Source: Hyphochytrium catenoides (Eukaryota > Protista > Hyphochytriomycota). Taken from it: DNA of 64,000 bases. The notes beneath the pieces are model-generated. The model was not told the origin of the DNA. It saw only the letters and a program-made list of their open reading frames with translations, and made no database searches. The DNA lies in NCBI GenBank assembly GCA_900088475.1, contig FLMG01001193.1, forward strand, positions 70,866 through 134,865, read 5' to 3'. Positions 26,401 through 38,279 of this stretch are shown piece after piece (position 1 is the stretch's first letter; the number at the start of each line of letters is the position of its first letter). A program made the translations under genes and the position numbers.

Positions 26401-28324
26401 CCGAAGCTGGGTCAGAAGAGTAATTCCAGCCGTCTCATGAAAGCGTTGAAGCCGCTGTTGTCTCTGAAAAGACGGTTGCCGTTGGTACAAATCCACAGTA
26501 AGCAACGCGCACTAGGTGAAATTCTAACCTCAGAATCGGGCATTCTAGCAGGGAAGCTGGCGATAAGCATCTCATGCGCCTCCTCAACTTTCCCCAATTT
26601 CAATAGATCATCTGCTTGCTGTTCAAAGGGAACACGCTGCAGTAGGAATAGCTGCAGGGGGGTCGCTGAAGGTAGCATTTGAGTGTAAGTAGACTAGAAG
26701 GATGAAGCGAGGGACTATTTTTGCCGGGCATGGGACATCGATAGACATTCTGTCACCCTATTGGCAGCTCTCATTCCCTGCTTACCTATAAAGACTAAGT
26801 CATCCGGATCGGAAAGGGGCTTGGGGACTCCCTGCCAGCTAAGACTATTGCAACTGAGGCACATGGCTCCTTTTAATGGTATGCTCTGCACCAAAGCTTG
26901 GTCCTTCGCACTATGAACCTTGACAAGCGAAGCGGGTGAGATGAGAGATGCTGAGTTGAAGGTGTAACACATTGTCCTTTCTGACCTCAACTGCCCTAGA
27001 TGGTAGTATGGAGATGATGTTTGGAACATGGTAGCCGAAAGACGAAGGGGATTGTGACCAATTCACTGGATTCTTTTGTGCCACCTCGCCCGAGAGAGAT
27101 AGGAAAACTCCCAACTTGTCAAGAGTTGACAGCAGGACCTCGCTCTCGGGCATTAGCTCAAGCATGGGAATCGTTTTGCTTGCGTCAATGCTGCATGCAT
27201 AAAAGGTTAGGGCTACTCAGATCATCGCAGACACTATAGAGGAAGAGAATCCGGAAATTTTGGTAAATGGACCTTGAAGGAGATAGGTATAGTTTGAACT
27301 TTGATTCACTAGTCGTGGAAAGTATGGGTGGACATTTTTGTCTTTCCCCAAAGACACGCAGTATGGTGAGAAGAACAAGCTCTGGTGGTGTAGGGATGAC
27401 ATGGTGAAATGGCCCCAATAGTGAGCCAAAAAGGCGAATCGAGCTCGACGGCCGCCTAGATTGAGAGGAATACGCTCGATAAGGATGGGGAACAAGTCAG
27501 ACCAACCGCACCTTGAACTACCAAAAGGCACAGAGTCGCCGGTGTTCTCGTTGATAAGCCAATAGTCCCGCCGGTAGCCTACGACCAAGGTTCTGCCTAT
27601 CCAAAGCATTGTACTAGGAAGGTCACCAATGTTGAGCTCCTTGGAGAAGCGGTACTGGCCTGAATGATAATCGAAAAGAGCAAGCTTCCTCTTCATGGCA
27701 GCCACAATAGAGAAGGAAGGAGGACCGCGCTGGTTGACGGCCATCAGCTGTAAGCAAAATTGAGGAAAGAAAACGTTAGGGTTAGAAGGAAGCCAATACA
27801 TCTGCCAAGGGGGGATTTGAAGAAGGCCCAGACGGCTAGCAAGAGTAAGGGTAGAGAGGATGGGACAATGTACTACATACCCGAGCACCTCTGACGTTAA
27901 AGCCAGACGGCAATATCTCGAGGTCTGATAGACTGTGAGCGGTGATGGCGCCATCACAGAGCACCAGAAGAGTTCCAATCTCGGGTACAGCAATCAGTTG
28001 CTCTATGCGTTTTCCCTTAATCACTTGCTTCTGTCCCACAAGCCTCCCGATGCAGCCATCTGCAGCATCAACATAAGCAATAGAGCTTGTAGGGCTGTCA
28101 AAAAACTAATGCATACCTCGAGATCGTTCCAGAGCATAGACGAGAACCCGTCCATCCTGAGTCCCGACGAAGACAGTGCTGCCGGCCTGAGCCAATGACT
28201 CTGCGCCGTGATAAAGCCCCTATTAGCTTTGGTTATAGGTCGTTCTTGAGGAGAATCGCATGTTACCTGCTTTCCCAGCAAGCTCTCCGACAATCGGAAC
28301 CAAAAAGTAAGCCTGGCGCGACAT
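23480..28324 (-). CDS. VPS39: Vps39/TGFBRAP1 (HOPS/CORVET subunit; CNH + clathrin-like repeats)
   Basis: MSRQAYFLVPI start, CNH motifs (KRIEQL..LLVLCDG, NWSQSP), VNTALLRLY, LVQRYLEHLV, EVLPKDL and the C-terminus KRIGDTIFAVYPNG. Paralogue assignment uncertain. Confidence 0.85.
25436..25499. repeat. Two-copy tandem duplication (33-bp period) at a Vps39 intron 3' end
   Basis: cgatcatgcacatatcaagcaaaattggttg versus cgatcacgcacatatcgagcaaaacgagttg. Confidence 0.8.
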
Positions 28325-29368
28325 TTTCAAAGAAACAGCTTCCTTTTTTCGGGCCTACAAGCCTCAAAGATCAAACGCTATTCCCTATGATTATCGTTTT
28401 CCATGAGCTAGCTCATCCTTCTCTAGTGTTCTAACTGGAGGCACCCATCTCCGGCTCAGGCGATATATTTATGTCCTGATGGTCTCCCTCGTGGTGCCTG
28501 CAAGATGGCCGTGCGTGATAAAGATTTGGCACCACCAAAGAGTCCCGTCCTTGGCCCTTGTCTACCTTCCACAGGTTCTGAAGATTGCAGGATGCGGCAG
28601 CAGCTGAGGCAGCTCCAGTTCCGTTCGATGAAGAGAGCGCCAGGCCGCCGACCAGATCTGTAGAACTCGAGGAGGAGATAAGAATCAGCCTGTTGCTGTC
28701 TCTATCATCAGAGCCTGCACGCAGAGGTTCTACCCTGGGTTCTTCGTACTCTCAACATCAAGAAAGACTGTCATCAAGACCCAAAAAAGAAAGCCCTTGA
28801 TTTCCCGAGGTTGTTAAAAAGATCTGTACATAGGATTACTACAAGTATATGATTTTCCTGACTGATCTCAAGCTTCATCCTGAAGATTGTGCTGTGGACA
28901 GAGCGCGGCAAGCGAGTGAGGTCGGCCTGGAAATCAGCGCTGCCCTCGTGCGGATGGATGAAGTTGAAGAGATCTGTAAGAGATAGATGCTTGTATGACC
29001 TGCTCAATCAATAGAATACCAAGCCGACGGCCCCTCCAGCAGCATAAAGCATAGCAGTATAAGGCTGTAGAGAGCTTATTCATCTTTTCTTCAAACCGTC
29101 ACCTCGCCCTGCCTGAAGCGCAACGCATGTGGCTCGAAACTCTTTCAGAGTAGTCCTCCCTAAATGGCCAGCAGGCAACAGAATTAAAGGAGAAAGAGGC
29201 GCTGAAGAGAGGTCTTTTGACATATCTCGATCGACAACATCATAGTGCGTTAACAAACAACCCTTCGATTTGAAGGTCATCTCTTTTGAGAAGCCCAGAA
29301 GGAGAACGAGTTCTATTGAATGGCTGTTTCGCTATCTGTCATTTAGAGGCGTTGGGAAGTGATACCAG

Positions 29369-32300
29369 ATGGATTCTAGGGCGGTCGCCAGATGGGTTGA
29401 AGATCAGCTGCATGGGCTTGTCGGTTTTGCCGATAGCACTTTGGCGAAATATGTCGTAGCTCTCGCAGGAAAGGCAAAGTCAGTGCGAGCACTGACGGAC
29501 CAGCTCTGTGACAACGACTTCCCTAGGACCAGTGCGACCAAAGCCTTCGCACAGGAACTCTTCGAGAGAGCTGGATCGAAAAGAAACGGTGCTTCCAAAG
29601 CTGAAGCTCCGCAAAGACTGACAAACGCTGAGATAATCAAACAGCAGCAGTCCTATGGACTCGTCCTCTCTGATGATGAAAATGAGAAGAAAAGGGCCAA
29701 AGCAAAGGACCGACGAGAGAAGGAGAAGTTGTTGACGAAGGACAAGGAAAAAAGGAAAAGGAACCTTCGGCGAAGGGAGAATGCTAACCCTGAAAAGGAG
29801 TCAAGCGAGGATGAGGGACCTGCTGTCAAGCGCCCGCTTCGCAAGGATCAGCAGAACGAAGCGGATCCTGAGAAGCAACATGAGGACGAGAGAGAGAGAG
29901 ATTTAGCTGAGCGCTTCGCATTTGAAGAAAGACTGCGCAAGAGAGATGAGGAGAAGACCAAAAAGACGGGATCAAAGGGGCTTTCCAAGGCTCAACTTGA
30001 GGAGCTCGCCACACGAGGGACGTATACAGACAATACGGACACCTCCATTCAAAAGCTTCGAGAGGTATCGCGACAAGAATACCTGAAAAAGCGAGAAGAG
30101 AAGGAGCTGGAGCTTCTAGACTTCTCCCTCAGAGATGAAGACTACCTTTTCGAAGATGTAAGTCGGACGGAGTTTGAAAAAAGCCGTATGGAGCTCAACA
30201 AGCGCATTTTGGAGACAGCCAAGAACAGATCCAAGGACATGGAGAAAATTAAAGCCAGCGGCTATCATATTCCGGATGGGTTCGAGGATGAGGAAGGCCG
30301 GTACGACTCTCGCAAGAAGGAAGAGCTTTTGACAGCACGGTATGAAGAGGAAGAAGTCTTCCAAACCGAGCAGGAAGTATGGGAGGAGCATCAGGTGGGG
30401 ATGAGCACCATGAAGTTTGGCGCTCAGGACAAGAGGAAGGCGGAAGAAGAGTACGAATATATGTTTGAAGATCAAATCAACTTCATTTCGGAGGAGGTTC
30501 TTGCAGGAAATGATCCGGAGGCAAAGTATGATGAGGCAGAGCTCAAGGCTAAGCTGGAAGCAGCCGCAATGGATAGCCTCCAGGAAGTACGAAGAAAGCT
30601 TCCAGTTTACCCGTATCGAGAAGAATTTTTAGAGGCGGTCCGTGACAACCAAATCCTTATTGTCGTTGGAGAGACAGGGTCAGGCAAGACCACACAGCTA
30701 CCGCAGTACCTCCACGAAGTAGGATATTCACAAGTCGGAAAAATAGGCTGTACGCAGCCACGTCGTGTGGCGGCAATGAGTGTTGCCGCCCGTGTGGCTC
30801 AGGAAATGGGCGTCAAGATTGGGAACGAAGTCGGCTATTCCATCCGCTTTGAAGACTGCACCTCCGATCGCACCATTATCAAATATATGACCGATGGTAT
30901 GCTACTTCGAGAGTTTCTTTCGGAGCCAGACCTCAAAGCCTATAGTGTGATGATGATAGACGAGGCCCACGAGAGAACTCTTGCTACGGACGTTCTTTTC
31001 GGGTTGATCAAAGATATTGCCCGCTTTCGGGAGGACATCAAGATCATCATCTGTAGCGCCACCCTAGATGCCGAGAAGTTCAGCGACTACTTTGATTCGG
31101 CCCCTATTTTCATCATTCCAGGCTACGCCTATCCTGTGGACATTCTCTATACGAAGGCGCCGGAAGCTGACTACCTGGATGCGGCCATTGTCACGGTCCT
31201 GCAGATTCACATTACTCAGCCCCTGGGAGACATCTTGGTATTCCTCACAGGGCAGGAAGAGATCGAGACAGCTGTAGAGATTCTTCAGCAACGAACACGC
31301 GGTCTGGGTTCTCGCATCAAGGAACTGATGATATGTCCAGTTTATGCCACGCTTCCTTCTGAGCAACAGGCCAAAATATTTGAGTCGACTCCTCCAGGCG
31401 CTAGGAAGGTTGTTCTTGGAACTAATATTGCAGAAACATCTTTGACAATTCCCGGGATTACGTACGTCATTGACACGGGGTTCTGCAAGCAGAAGAACTA
31501 CAACCCCCGCACAGGGGTGGAGTCTCTGATGGTTTGCCCTGTCTCTAAAGCTGCAAGCCGGCAAAGGGCAGGTCGTGCGGGTCGTACCGCTCCTGGAAAG
31601 TGCTTTAGACTTTTCACTGCTTGGTCCTTTCACAATGAGCTGGAGGACAACACGGTGCCAGAAATTCAGCGAACAAATCTCGGCAACGTCGTGCTAATGT
31701 TGAAGAGTTTGGGCATTAATGACCTCCTCCATTTTGACTTTATGGACCCGCCATCGCCCGAAGCACTGATACGGTCACTAGAACAGCTTTACGCACTTGG
31801 TGCTCTCAATGATAGAGGCGAGCTAACTAAACTGGGTCGCAGAATGGCGGAATTTCCAGTAGATCCCATGCAGTCCAAAGCCATAATTGAGTCTGAGAAG
31901 CATGGCGTAAGTGAAGAAGTTCTGACGATCATGTCCATGCTCAGTGTCAACAACTCCATTTTCTATCGCCCCAAGGACAAGGCCATCCATGCGGACACAG
32001 CCAGAATGAACTTTGCAAGAGGCGGAGTGGGTGACCACATTGCGCTGCTTAACGTCTACAACCAGTGGGCAGAGACTAACTACTCAACTCAGTGGTCCTA
32101 TGAAAACTTTATCCAGCTTCGAAGTTTAAAGACTGCCAGAGACGTTCGAGAACAGTTGGCAGCTTTGTGTGACCGCGTTGAGGTGGAAAAATTGAGTAAC
32201 CCAACTGATCTGGATGCGATACGGAAAGCGATCACAGCCGGCTACTTCTATAATACGGCCAAGTTCGACAAGAGTGGCCACTATAAGACCGTCAAGCATG

Positions 32301-32533
32301 CCCATACTGTGCACATCCACCCGTCCTCATGTCTTTTCAAGGAAGAGGAGATGCCACCGTGGGTACTCTACCATGAGCTGGCATTCACTTCGAAGGAGTA
32401 CATGAGGCAAGTTATCCCTATCAAGCCAGAATGGCTGATTGAAATAGCACCACATTACTATCAAGCCAAAGAGGTAGAAGATAGCAGGAACAAGAAGATG
32501 CCCAAGATGGTAGGAAGAATAGCAGCGCACTAA
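29369..32533 (+). CDS. DHX16: Pre-mRNA splicing DEAH helicase DHX16/Prp2, single 1054-aa ORF
   Basis: PWI-like N-terminus, GETGSGKTTQLPQYL, TQPRRVAAMSVA, DEAHER, SAT, TNIAETSLT, QRAGRAGR, HA2/OB regions and a KKMPK tail. Confidence 0.97.
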   Translation: MDSRAVARWVEDQLHGLVGFADSTLAKYVVALAGKAKSVRALTDQLCDNDFPRTSATKAFAQELFERAGSKRNGASKAEAPQRLTNAEIIKQQQSYGLVLSDDENEKKRAKAKDRREKEKLLTKDKEKRKRNLRRRENANPEKESSEDEGPAVKRPLRKDQQNEADPEKQHEDERERDLAERFAFEERLRKRDEEKTKKTGSKGLSKAQLEELATRGTYTDNTDTSIQKLREVSRQEYLKKREEKELELLDFSLRDEDYLFEDVSRTEFEKSRMELNKRILETAKNRSKDMEKIKASGYHIPDGFEDEEGRYDSRKKEELLTARYEEEEVFQTEQEVWEEHQVGMSTMKFGAQDKRKAEEEYEYMFEDQINFISEEVLAGNDPEAKYDEAELKAKLEAAAMDSLQEVRRKLPVYPYREEFLEAVRDNQILIVVGETGSGKTTQLPQYLHEVGYSQVGKIGCTQPRRVAAMSVAARVAQEMGVKIGNEVGYSIRFEDCTSDRTIIKYMTDGMLLREFLSEPDLKAYSVMMIDEAHERTLATDVLFGLIKDIARFREDIKIIICSATLDAEKFSDYFDSAPIFIIPGYAYPVDILYTKAPEADYLDAAIVTVLQIHITQPLGDILVFLTGQEEIETAVEILQQRTRGLGSRIKELMICPVYATLPSEQQAKIFESTPPGARKVVLGTNIAETSLTIPGITYVIDTGFCKQKNYNPRTGVESLMVCPVSKAASRQRAGRAGRTAPGKCFRLFTAWSFHNELEDNTVPEIQRTNLGNVVLMLKSLGINDLLHFDFMDPPSPEALIRSLEQLYALGALNDRGELTKLGRRMAEFPVDPMQSKAIIESEKHGVSEEVLTIMSMLSVNNSIFYRPKDKAIHADTARMNFARGGVGDHIALLNVYNQWAETNYSTQWSYENFIQLRSLKTARDVREQLAALCDRVEVEKLSNPTDLDAIRKAITAGYFYNTAKFDKSGHYKTVKHAHTVHIHPSSCLFKEEEMPPWVLYHELAFTSKEYMRQVIPIKPEWLIEIAPHYYQAKEVEDSRNKKMPKMVGRIAAH

Positions 32534-32938
32534 CGAAAATTTAGAGATAACTACTTGGCTGGTGAACAAGCTATTGAGCTGCTTCCTCCAAGTTAGAGAG
32601 CCAAGTGAGCTTTGTACTCTTTGTGACAGACCATTTCTCTGCAAAGCGCCCTTGAGGAGCGATTGTCCTTGCTGTTTCCAGACATCTGTCTGCCTCAATT
32701 ATCCATTCTCTCTCTCTTGGCAGTTACGGACAGCTCGAGATAAACGGCGCTCTGTCACCTCATCCTTACCATGCCGCTGTTAGATCATCTAACTTAGGCG
32801 TTGGATTGACAAAAGAGCTGAATCGAATATGCACAATTCTTTGCATGATACTTTTACTGCACACTTTCTTGCTTGGACCTATTCTTTTTCCTATCTGTTC
32901 AATGGCCCCACCGCGTAGTATTGCCCACCTTGCGTGTC

Positions 32939-35900
32939 CTAGTACTTGACAGATCGGAAAAAGTTTGATGTCATGTCCTTCAGCTGCCGCGAGATAAGAC
33001 GAGCCACGTCACACGTTGCCATTAACGAAATTGAGGGGTTAGATTGATGACAGAGTGGAATGGGACGGTGCGTTAACATTTCGACATCCTTGTCTCTTGA
33101 ACAGTAACAGATTTCCAGTTACCTTGGCCAGATCCTGGGATGCTTTCTCTGCTATGTTACTTGCCAAATCAGCCCCTATGTACACAGTAGTGTTAACACA
33201 CACAAAAGAAGAATCATCAAAGTTGAGAGCAAACAGAAGCTGGAGCCGGAGGCGCCTAAATCGAACGGGGGCCAGCACTGACCAATATCCGAGCCTGAGC
33301 CAGAGGATCTTCGGCCAAAATACATGTCACTCGATATCGCTGTAGCACTGCCATATTGCTGAATCTTCTCCTCCCTTTCATATCGTTCTTGCTCCGACTC
33401 AAACTAGTTGGAATCAAGGGCATTTAGCACTAGCTTAAGAGTAGACAAAGTGCATGGGCTGATGATACCTTTCCTGTGCCAAAGAGCTGGTCGGAAGAAA
33501 TGGCTTTGGCATTTTTGTACTTGTCCACGGTAAAGGAGGCAGGAGCAGCTGGGGGTGCCGCAGAATAGGACGACACTGTACGCATCGGAAACGTCAGAAT
33601 AGGTGGCTCTCTCAAAACTCAATTAAACAAGGAGCATGGATGGGACGCGAATGCTTGGACGGTGGCAAATATAGACGGGGGGAGGCCAGTAGAAAGAAGG
33701 ACAATACTTCAACCTCTGTATAATCACAGCACCATAGACGAAGAATGGCACAACTCGAATTAAGCACTGAAGAAAAGGATACAGCGGCTTCTTCTCCCAT
33801 CGATACCTGAGGATGGCGCAGGAGCTGGAGCGCTGGAATTGTAGCTGTAGGAGGGTGAGGTATCGAAGATTGACGAGGCTTGAGGGGGTGCCGTAGGATC
33901 CCTATTGGATACGGTAAGTATAGTCCAGAAGATAGCTCCCCTTTCCTGTTTGCCACAAACCCCCCGAAGCATGCTTACTCCCGAAGCGAGATACAACTGG
34001 ACTGTGTGCAAGTTTTCGCCTACTGCACCAGTTACTGCACCAGTTAGGGTGCTAGAACTCACCTGTACCGTGATCCACCAGCAACGGCAGGCAGCGTCCT
34101 GATAGAGAAGGGTCAGGTGGGTAGATGGAAGTATACAGACGTAGGGACACGACGACGTAGCTGTAATCAACACTATCGGAGGCTCACCCTTCCTCTTTTG
34201 CTAGAGCTTTGGCCAAAGCCTCATCCTCCTTGAGCTGTTTTTGCGCGGCAGTCTCTTCCGCTGAGGGTGCAGAGGTCTGGAACTGCGGATAGAGAAAACA
34301 TAAGGTACGGTTCATTTACAACGAGTGGCCTCATCAGCCTTCGCACAGGGCTTGCTTTCAGTGATAAAGCACCACTCCGCCTCAAATTTTCGAATCGACT
34401 TACCGAGTCAAAGTCGTCCCCTAACTTCGTAGCCCCCAACTTCTTAGCACCACCCTGAGGATTCCGCATGCAAAGTGAGCACTTGAAGCAATGGCCAAGG
34501 ATGTATTCCGTAAGGAGAAACCCAGACCGCAATTGATGGGCTACAAGACAGAAGAATAAATTGAAAGAAGAGGTTGCCCAGAGGTAGAGTTACGGAAAGA
34601 TAGGGCCTACCAGTCTTTGAGCACCCAACCTCCGCCCACCGAGCGTTGTCTTCTTTGGCCCAACTGCAGTGCTGGATCTTGAAGCCTGTTGTAAACTGGT
34701 TTCGTCGCTCCCTTGCATATCAACCTTTAGTGGGCTCTTCTTCTGTAGAACAACAGGCACTGTCGAATTGCTCGAGGATGCTGTCGACTGGCTAACTACA
34801 CCACCCGGCGCAGACAGATACAAAAAATACGACCGGCAGGATGGCACTTGTTAGTCTAAAGCTCAAGCCAATAAGAGACGGGGCGAGATAGAGACGCTTG
34901 GGTGAATAAGGGACAAGGGCCCTGTTGACTGACCACTAGCAGGCATATGCTGGGGTGGAGGAACGGCCTGGGTTATTTGTTCTGAGGCAGCTTGAGCCCA
35001 TAAAGACAGAGGAGGCGGTGAGCTGCTTGCTTGATCTTCTTTGGGCGGATCCTGTTTTAGATGCTTCTTGTCATGTGCAGGCTGATCCCCCAGGACCACT
35101 TGGCTTAGCATTGCACTGATTGGACTAGGAGGCTAGAGAGAGGTTATCAGTATAGAAAGGAACTGCAACGGAGTGTGAGAGAAGTCCAGAATGATACCAC
35201 AGAACTGACCACTGGAAAGTGGAGGCTAGAACGGAACGCGTCTGGCAAAGGTAATGAAGGGTTACAGGCAAGAGTACTCTCAGAGCACAAAATATATTTG
35301 ACTGACCGACTCTACTTCCACTCCATGGTCATGGGTGGCGTGAAAGCCGCTGTCGATCGCCTTCTTCTGAACTGCTGCTTTGTATAGCTCAGCGGCACGA
35401 CTAGTGAACTTACTTTGAATCTGTTTAGGAGGAAAGACGTCAGTCGAGCATTATGCCCGCCCTACTTGCGCTCCGACTCGTCCACTTACCTTCGTCGTCA
35501 GCTCAACGTTGTGAGACCTAAAGAAATCCCTTGCAGGACCATTGCCGCCAACCTGCATGACAGCCAGCTGCTCCGGAGTCCACTCATCAAGCTCTGTTGA
35601 TCTTAGCGTTTAAGGGAGACCCGTAAGGAAAGCGTGAGACGGGCATTCTCCATCAAAAACATCTATCTAGTCACCTGACAAAGGTTATGTGAACACCCAT
35701 TCTCCTGTGAACCGCTGAGCAGTCATAGCAAATGAAGATCCCGTAGGTTACTGATGCCCAGGTAGGGTTGGCCGCTGGACAGTCAAAACAGGTCTTGACG
35801 GCACGGTAAGCCTCTTCTACATCACTGCTGTGGCGAGAGCTATAACACTTTACCTTATTCGCCCTTAACGCTTTTAGCTTTCTGAAGATGTCCTTCCGTA

Positions 35901-35970
35901 CCGCTGGGTCAACGAAGTTTCTTCCCGTCAGTTGTAGCTGACCAGCCACGACGTTGAGAGGTGTAGTCAT
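32939..35970 (-). CDS. ARFGAP2: ADP-ribosylation factor GAP, ArfGAP2/3 (Glo3)-type
   Basis: [45 protein letters not shown] and the Glo3 motifs [11 protein letters not shown] and AISSDMYF. Confidence 0.93.
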
Positions 35971-36900
35971 TCTGAGTGCTGACAAGATAGCCTAAGGATA
36001 TTGCCAAGAATACTGAGCCGCTTGGCCCAGAAATCTTTCCCAGATACACTCAAGAGGAGGTATAGTAGTGCTGTGCTGCGCAGGCTTAGGCCTGGCGTAG
36101 ATTCAGTTTGGCGCTCTCTTCAAGCAGGACACCAGGCAGCAGAAGATTGAAGAGCTTGGTGATGTGAGGAGCATGCCGGACGGTAGCGGCTGGAGGAGGA
36201 ACGGATTATCTTGGTGAGAGAGGAGGCAGGAAGCTGATAGATCTGGAAGGGTCAAATCTTCCCCAAGAACGCCAATGTGGGACCAAGAATGTATAATACG
36301 CAGATATAACGACCTGAAAAGCATATATACCGTTTCACCGGTCGTGATGTCTGATGTCTTCATAGGGCGTTACAGTTATAAAAGCCTTTATTATAGTAGT
36401 TCTAGTGTAGGGCGACCTACTACAATAATGATAGAACTTCTACCACTGTAGCCATAATTCTAACAAGGGCAAATCGGCTAGTCAGTGAGACACTGCTCGC
36501 CGACCTTATAGAACTAGATCTATATCGTTTCTTCTACGTTCCTGTATGTCTTGAGGCCAATGAAGATAAATGATGCAGAATATTGCAGATATCTGATTTG
36601 CTCTACTAACTGAGTGGGACGGACTGAGGGCACTCCACGAACGTAGATCGCAGGCATTCAGACACTTTCATCATCCCCACAATATAGAAGCGGGGATCTC
36701 TCACAACCCATGTCGATGGACTACTTTCAACCTTCTGGTCGCAGCTGTTTATCAGGCTTGTTGCTGTCAACAAATGTTGTGCAGAGAACGATAAAGTCTG
36801 AATTGCGGCAGGGATAAGCTTATGATTGGGAAACGTTTGGCGACGAAAGAATGCGATGTGAGTTTCTCGGACGGCAAGGAGAGATGAGAACATGTCTTAC

Positions 36901-38279
36901 ATTTCCTTCTGCCAACTCTTAAGAGAAGGAAAATAGTCCTTCCAAGCCGGTAAGTCCTTGTCCAGGAAGAGAAGAAGCTCTAGAACTGTAAGATCTAGGT
37001 ATAAAGACACTGCTTTAGTAGCGTCTTGGCAAATTCTTGTCTGGTAGTGTTATGCTTGACAGAAGAAGACACTGATGCTACCTGCGGAAGACAGGCGACC
37101 GAGAACGAAGCTGCCTGTAGAGGACCGGGCTAGCAATGCACTTAAGCAAGCCAATTGCTGCCGACACAGATATAGTGGAGCGTTATCATGACATGAGATT
37201 TGAGTAGGATATGTAAGAGTGCCATGAATTTCACGGCAAGGCGGGCACTTCCTTACCGTGCCAAGTGATGCCTCTAGATATCGTCTCTTCAGTGTCGCTA
37301 CTGTCTGTATTGGTGGAATAACAGAGGGCCTGATGAATACGACAACACGGTTCTTTTCTGGCAGCACAGCTTAGGGCAAAAAGGTTTAGGAGGTAGATCG
37401 CCTACGTTAGGATGCATGGAAGGTGTCCTTGTTGCATAGAATGGCTGGCATCGATATTCGGTGAGTACGTGATCACTGTGAGGAAGCAAGCAGGGTACAG
37501 CAGGAAATTAGAATAGAGAAGGGACAGATGGCCAAATTGAGATTGATACAGGCACCAACCAACTCGCTTCAATCATATCCGCTTTCGCTTTGGCCTACGT
37601 CAGTATAAGGGGTGGCATAGTAAAAAAACGTAGTAGGGTCATTTCGAAGATCTTTAGCTAGGCCCACAGGGGCTGCTCCCTTACCACAAGATCTCTATCA
37701 TCCTCTGACAAACCCCCAATGCTACATAGGAGTTGGAAAATTGGATGGATGTGAAAGATATGTGCCCAGCCAGAGTTCGCTGAATTCAGCTCCCGAAGTT
37801 GGTTGCAACTCTGGAACTGTTGACGGCGCAGGCAGATAACAGCAGTTGTTCAATGACATTTACTCGTAAGTCGCAACCGACTCTAGTGATGCGATCAGAT
37901 TTGACATGCAGCCAGATGAGCAACAAGACGAGATTACGTGGCAGAAGGCGAATGACCACCATAAGAATGAAAAGCTCAATTCCGAACCCTATTGAGAGTC
38001 AATAGTAATACCGATAAGCAGCCCAATGCAGTCCTCAACGTATCTGCTTCTTCGCGTCATTATAAACTCATCGGGTTGGAGCAGCTCAAGAAGTAGCTTC
38101 ACGTTTTCCATCTCATGGAGGACCGAAAGAGCCAGCTTAACCTGGACAGGTGTAGGGCAAAGGTGAGACATCTTAGTGATGAGCACTCCTGTACACAAGT
38201 AACTGCGAATTAGAAGTACCCGAGCATCAAACCCCGTATTCTTTATATAGGTGTATTTTATCTCGTACTGCTTCTTCAT
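36901..38279 (-). pseudogene. Cryptic glutathione S-transferase-like gene or pseudogene (many short exons)
   Basis: Exons 37157-37082 and 36994-36901 splice in phase to LSALLARSSTGSFVLGRLSSADLTVLELLLFLDKDLPAWKDYFPSLKSWQKE (GST C-domain, SxAD capping box, FP-LK). Upstream exons give GLSEDDRDLV|AKAKADMIEA and MKKQYEIKYTY. The middle of the N-domain and the last exon are unresolved. Confidence 0.6.

Noticed and set aside
27775-27785. CTAACCCTAAC on the minus strand, identical to the vertebrate telomerase RNA template
   Set aside because: It sits at the branch-point position (CTAAC) just before the polypyrimidine tract and AG of a short Vps39 intron. There is no room or structure for a telomerase RNA.
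36556-36600. SECIS/K-turn-like hairpin (ATGAA...TGAT)
   Set aside because: The helix is too short, and there is no upstream + strand gene with an in-frame TGA.
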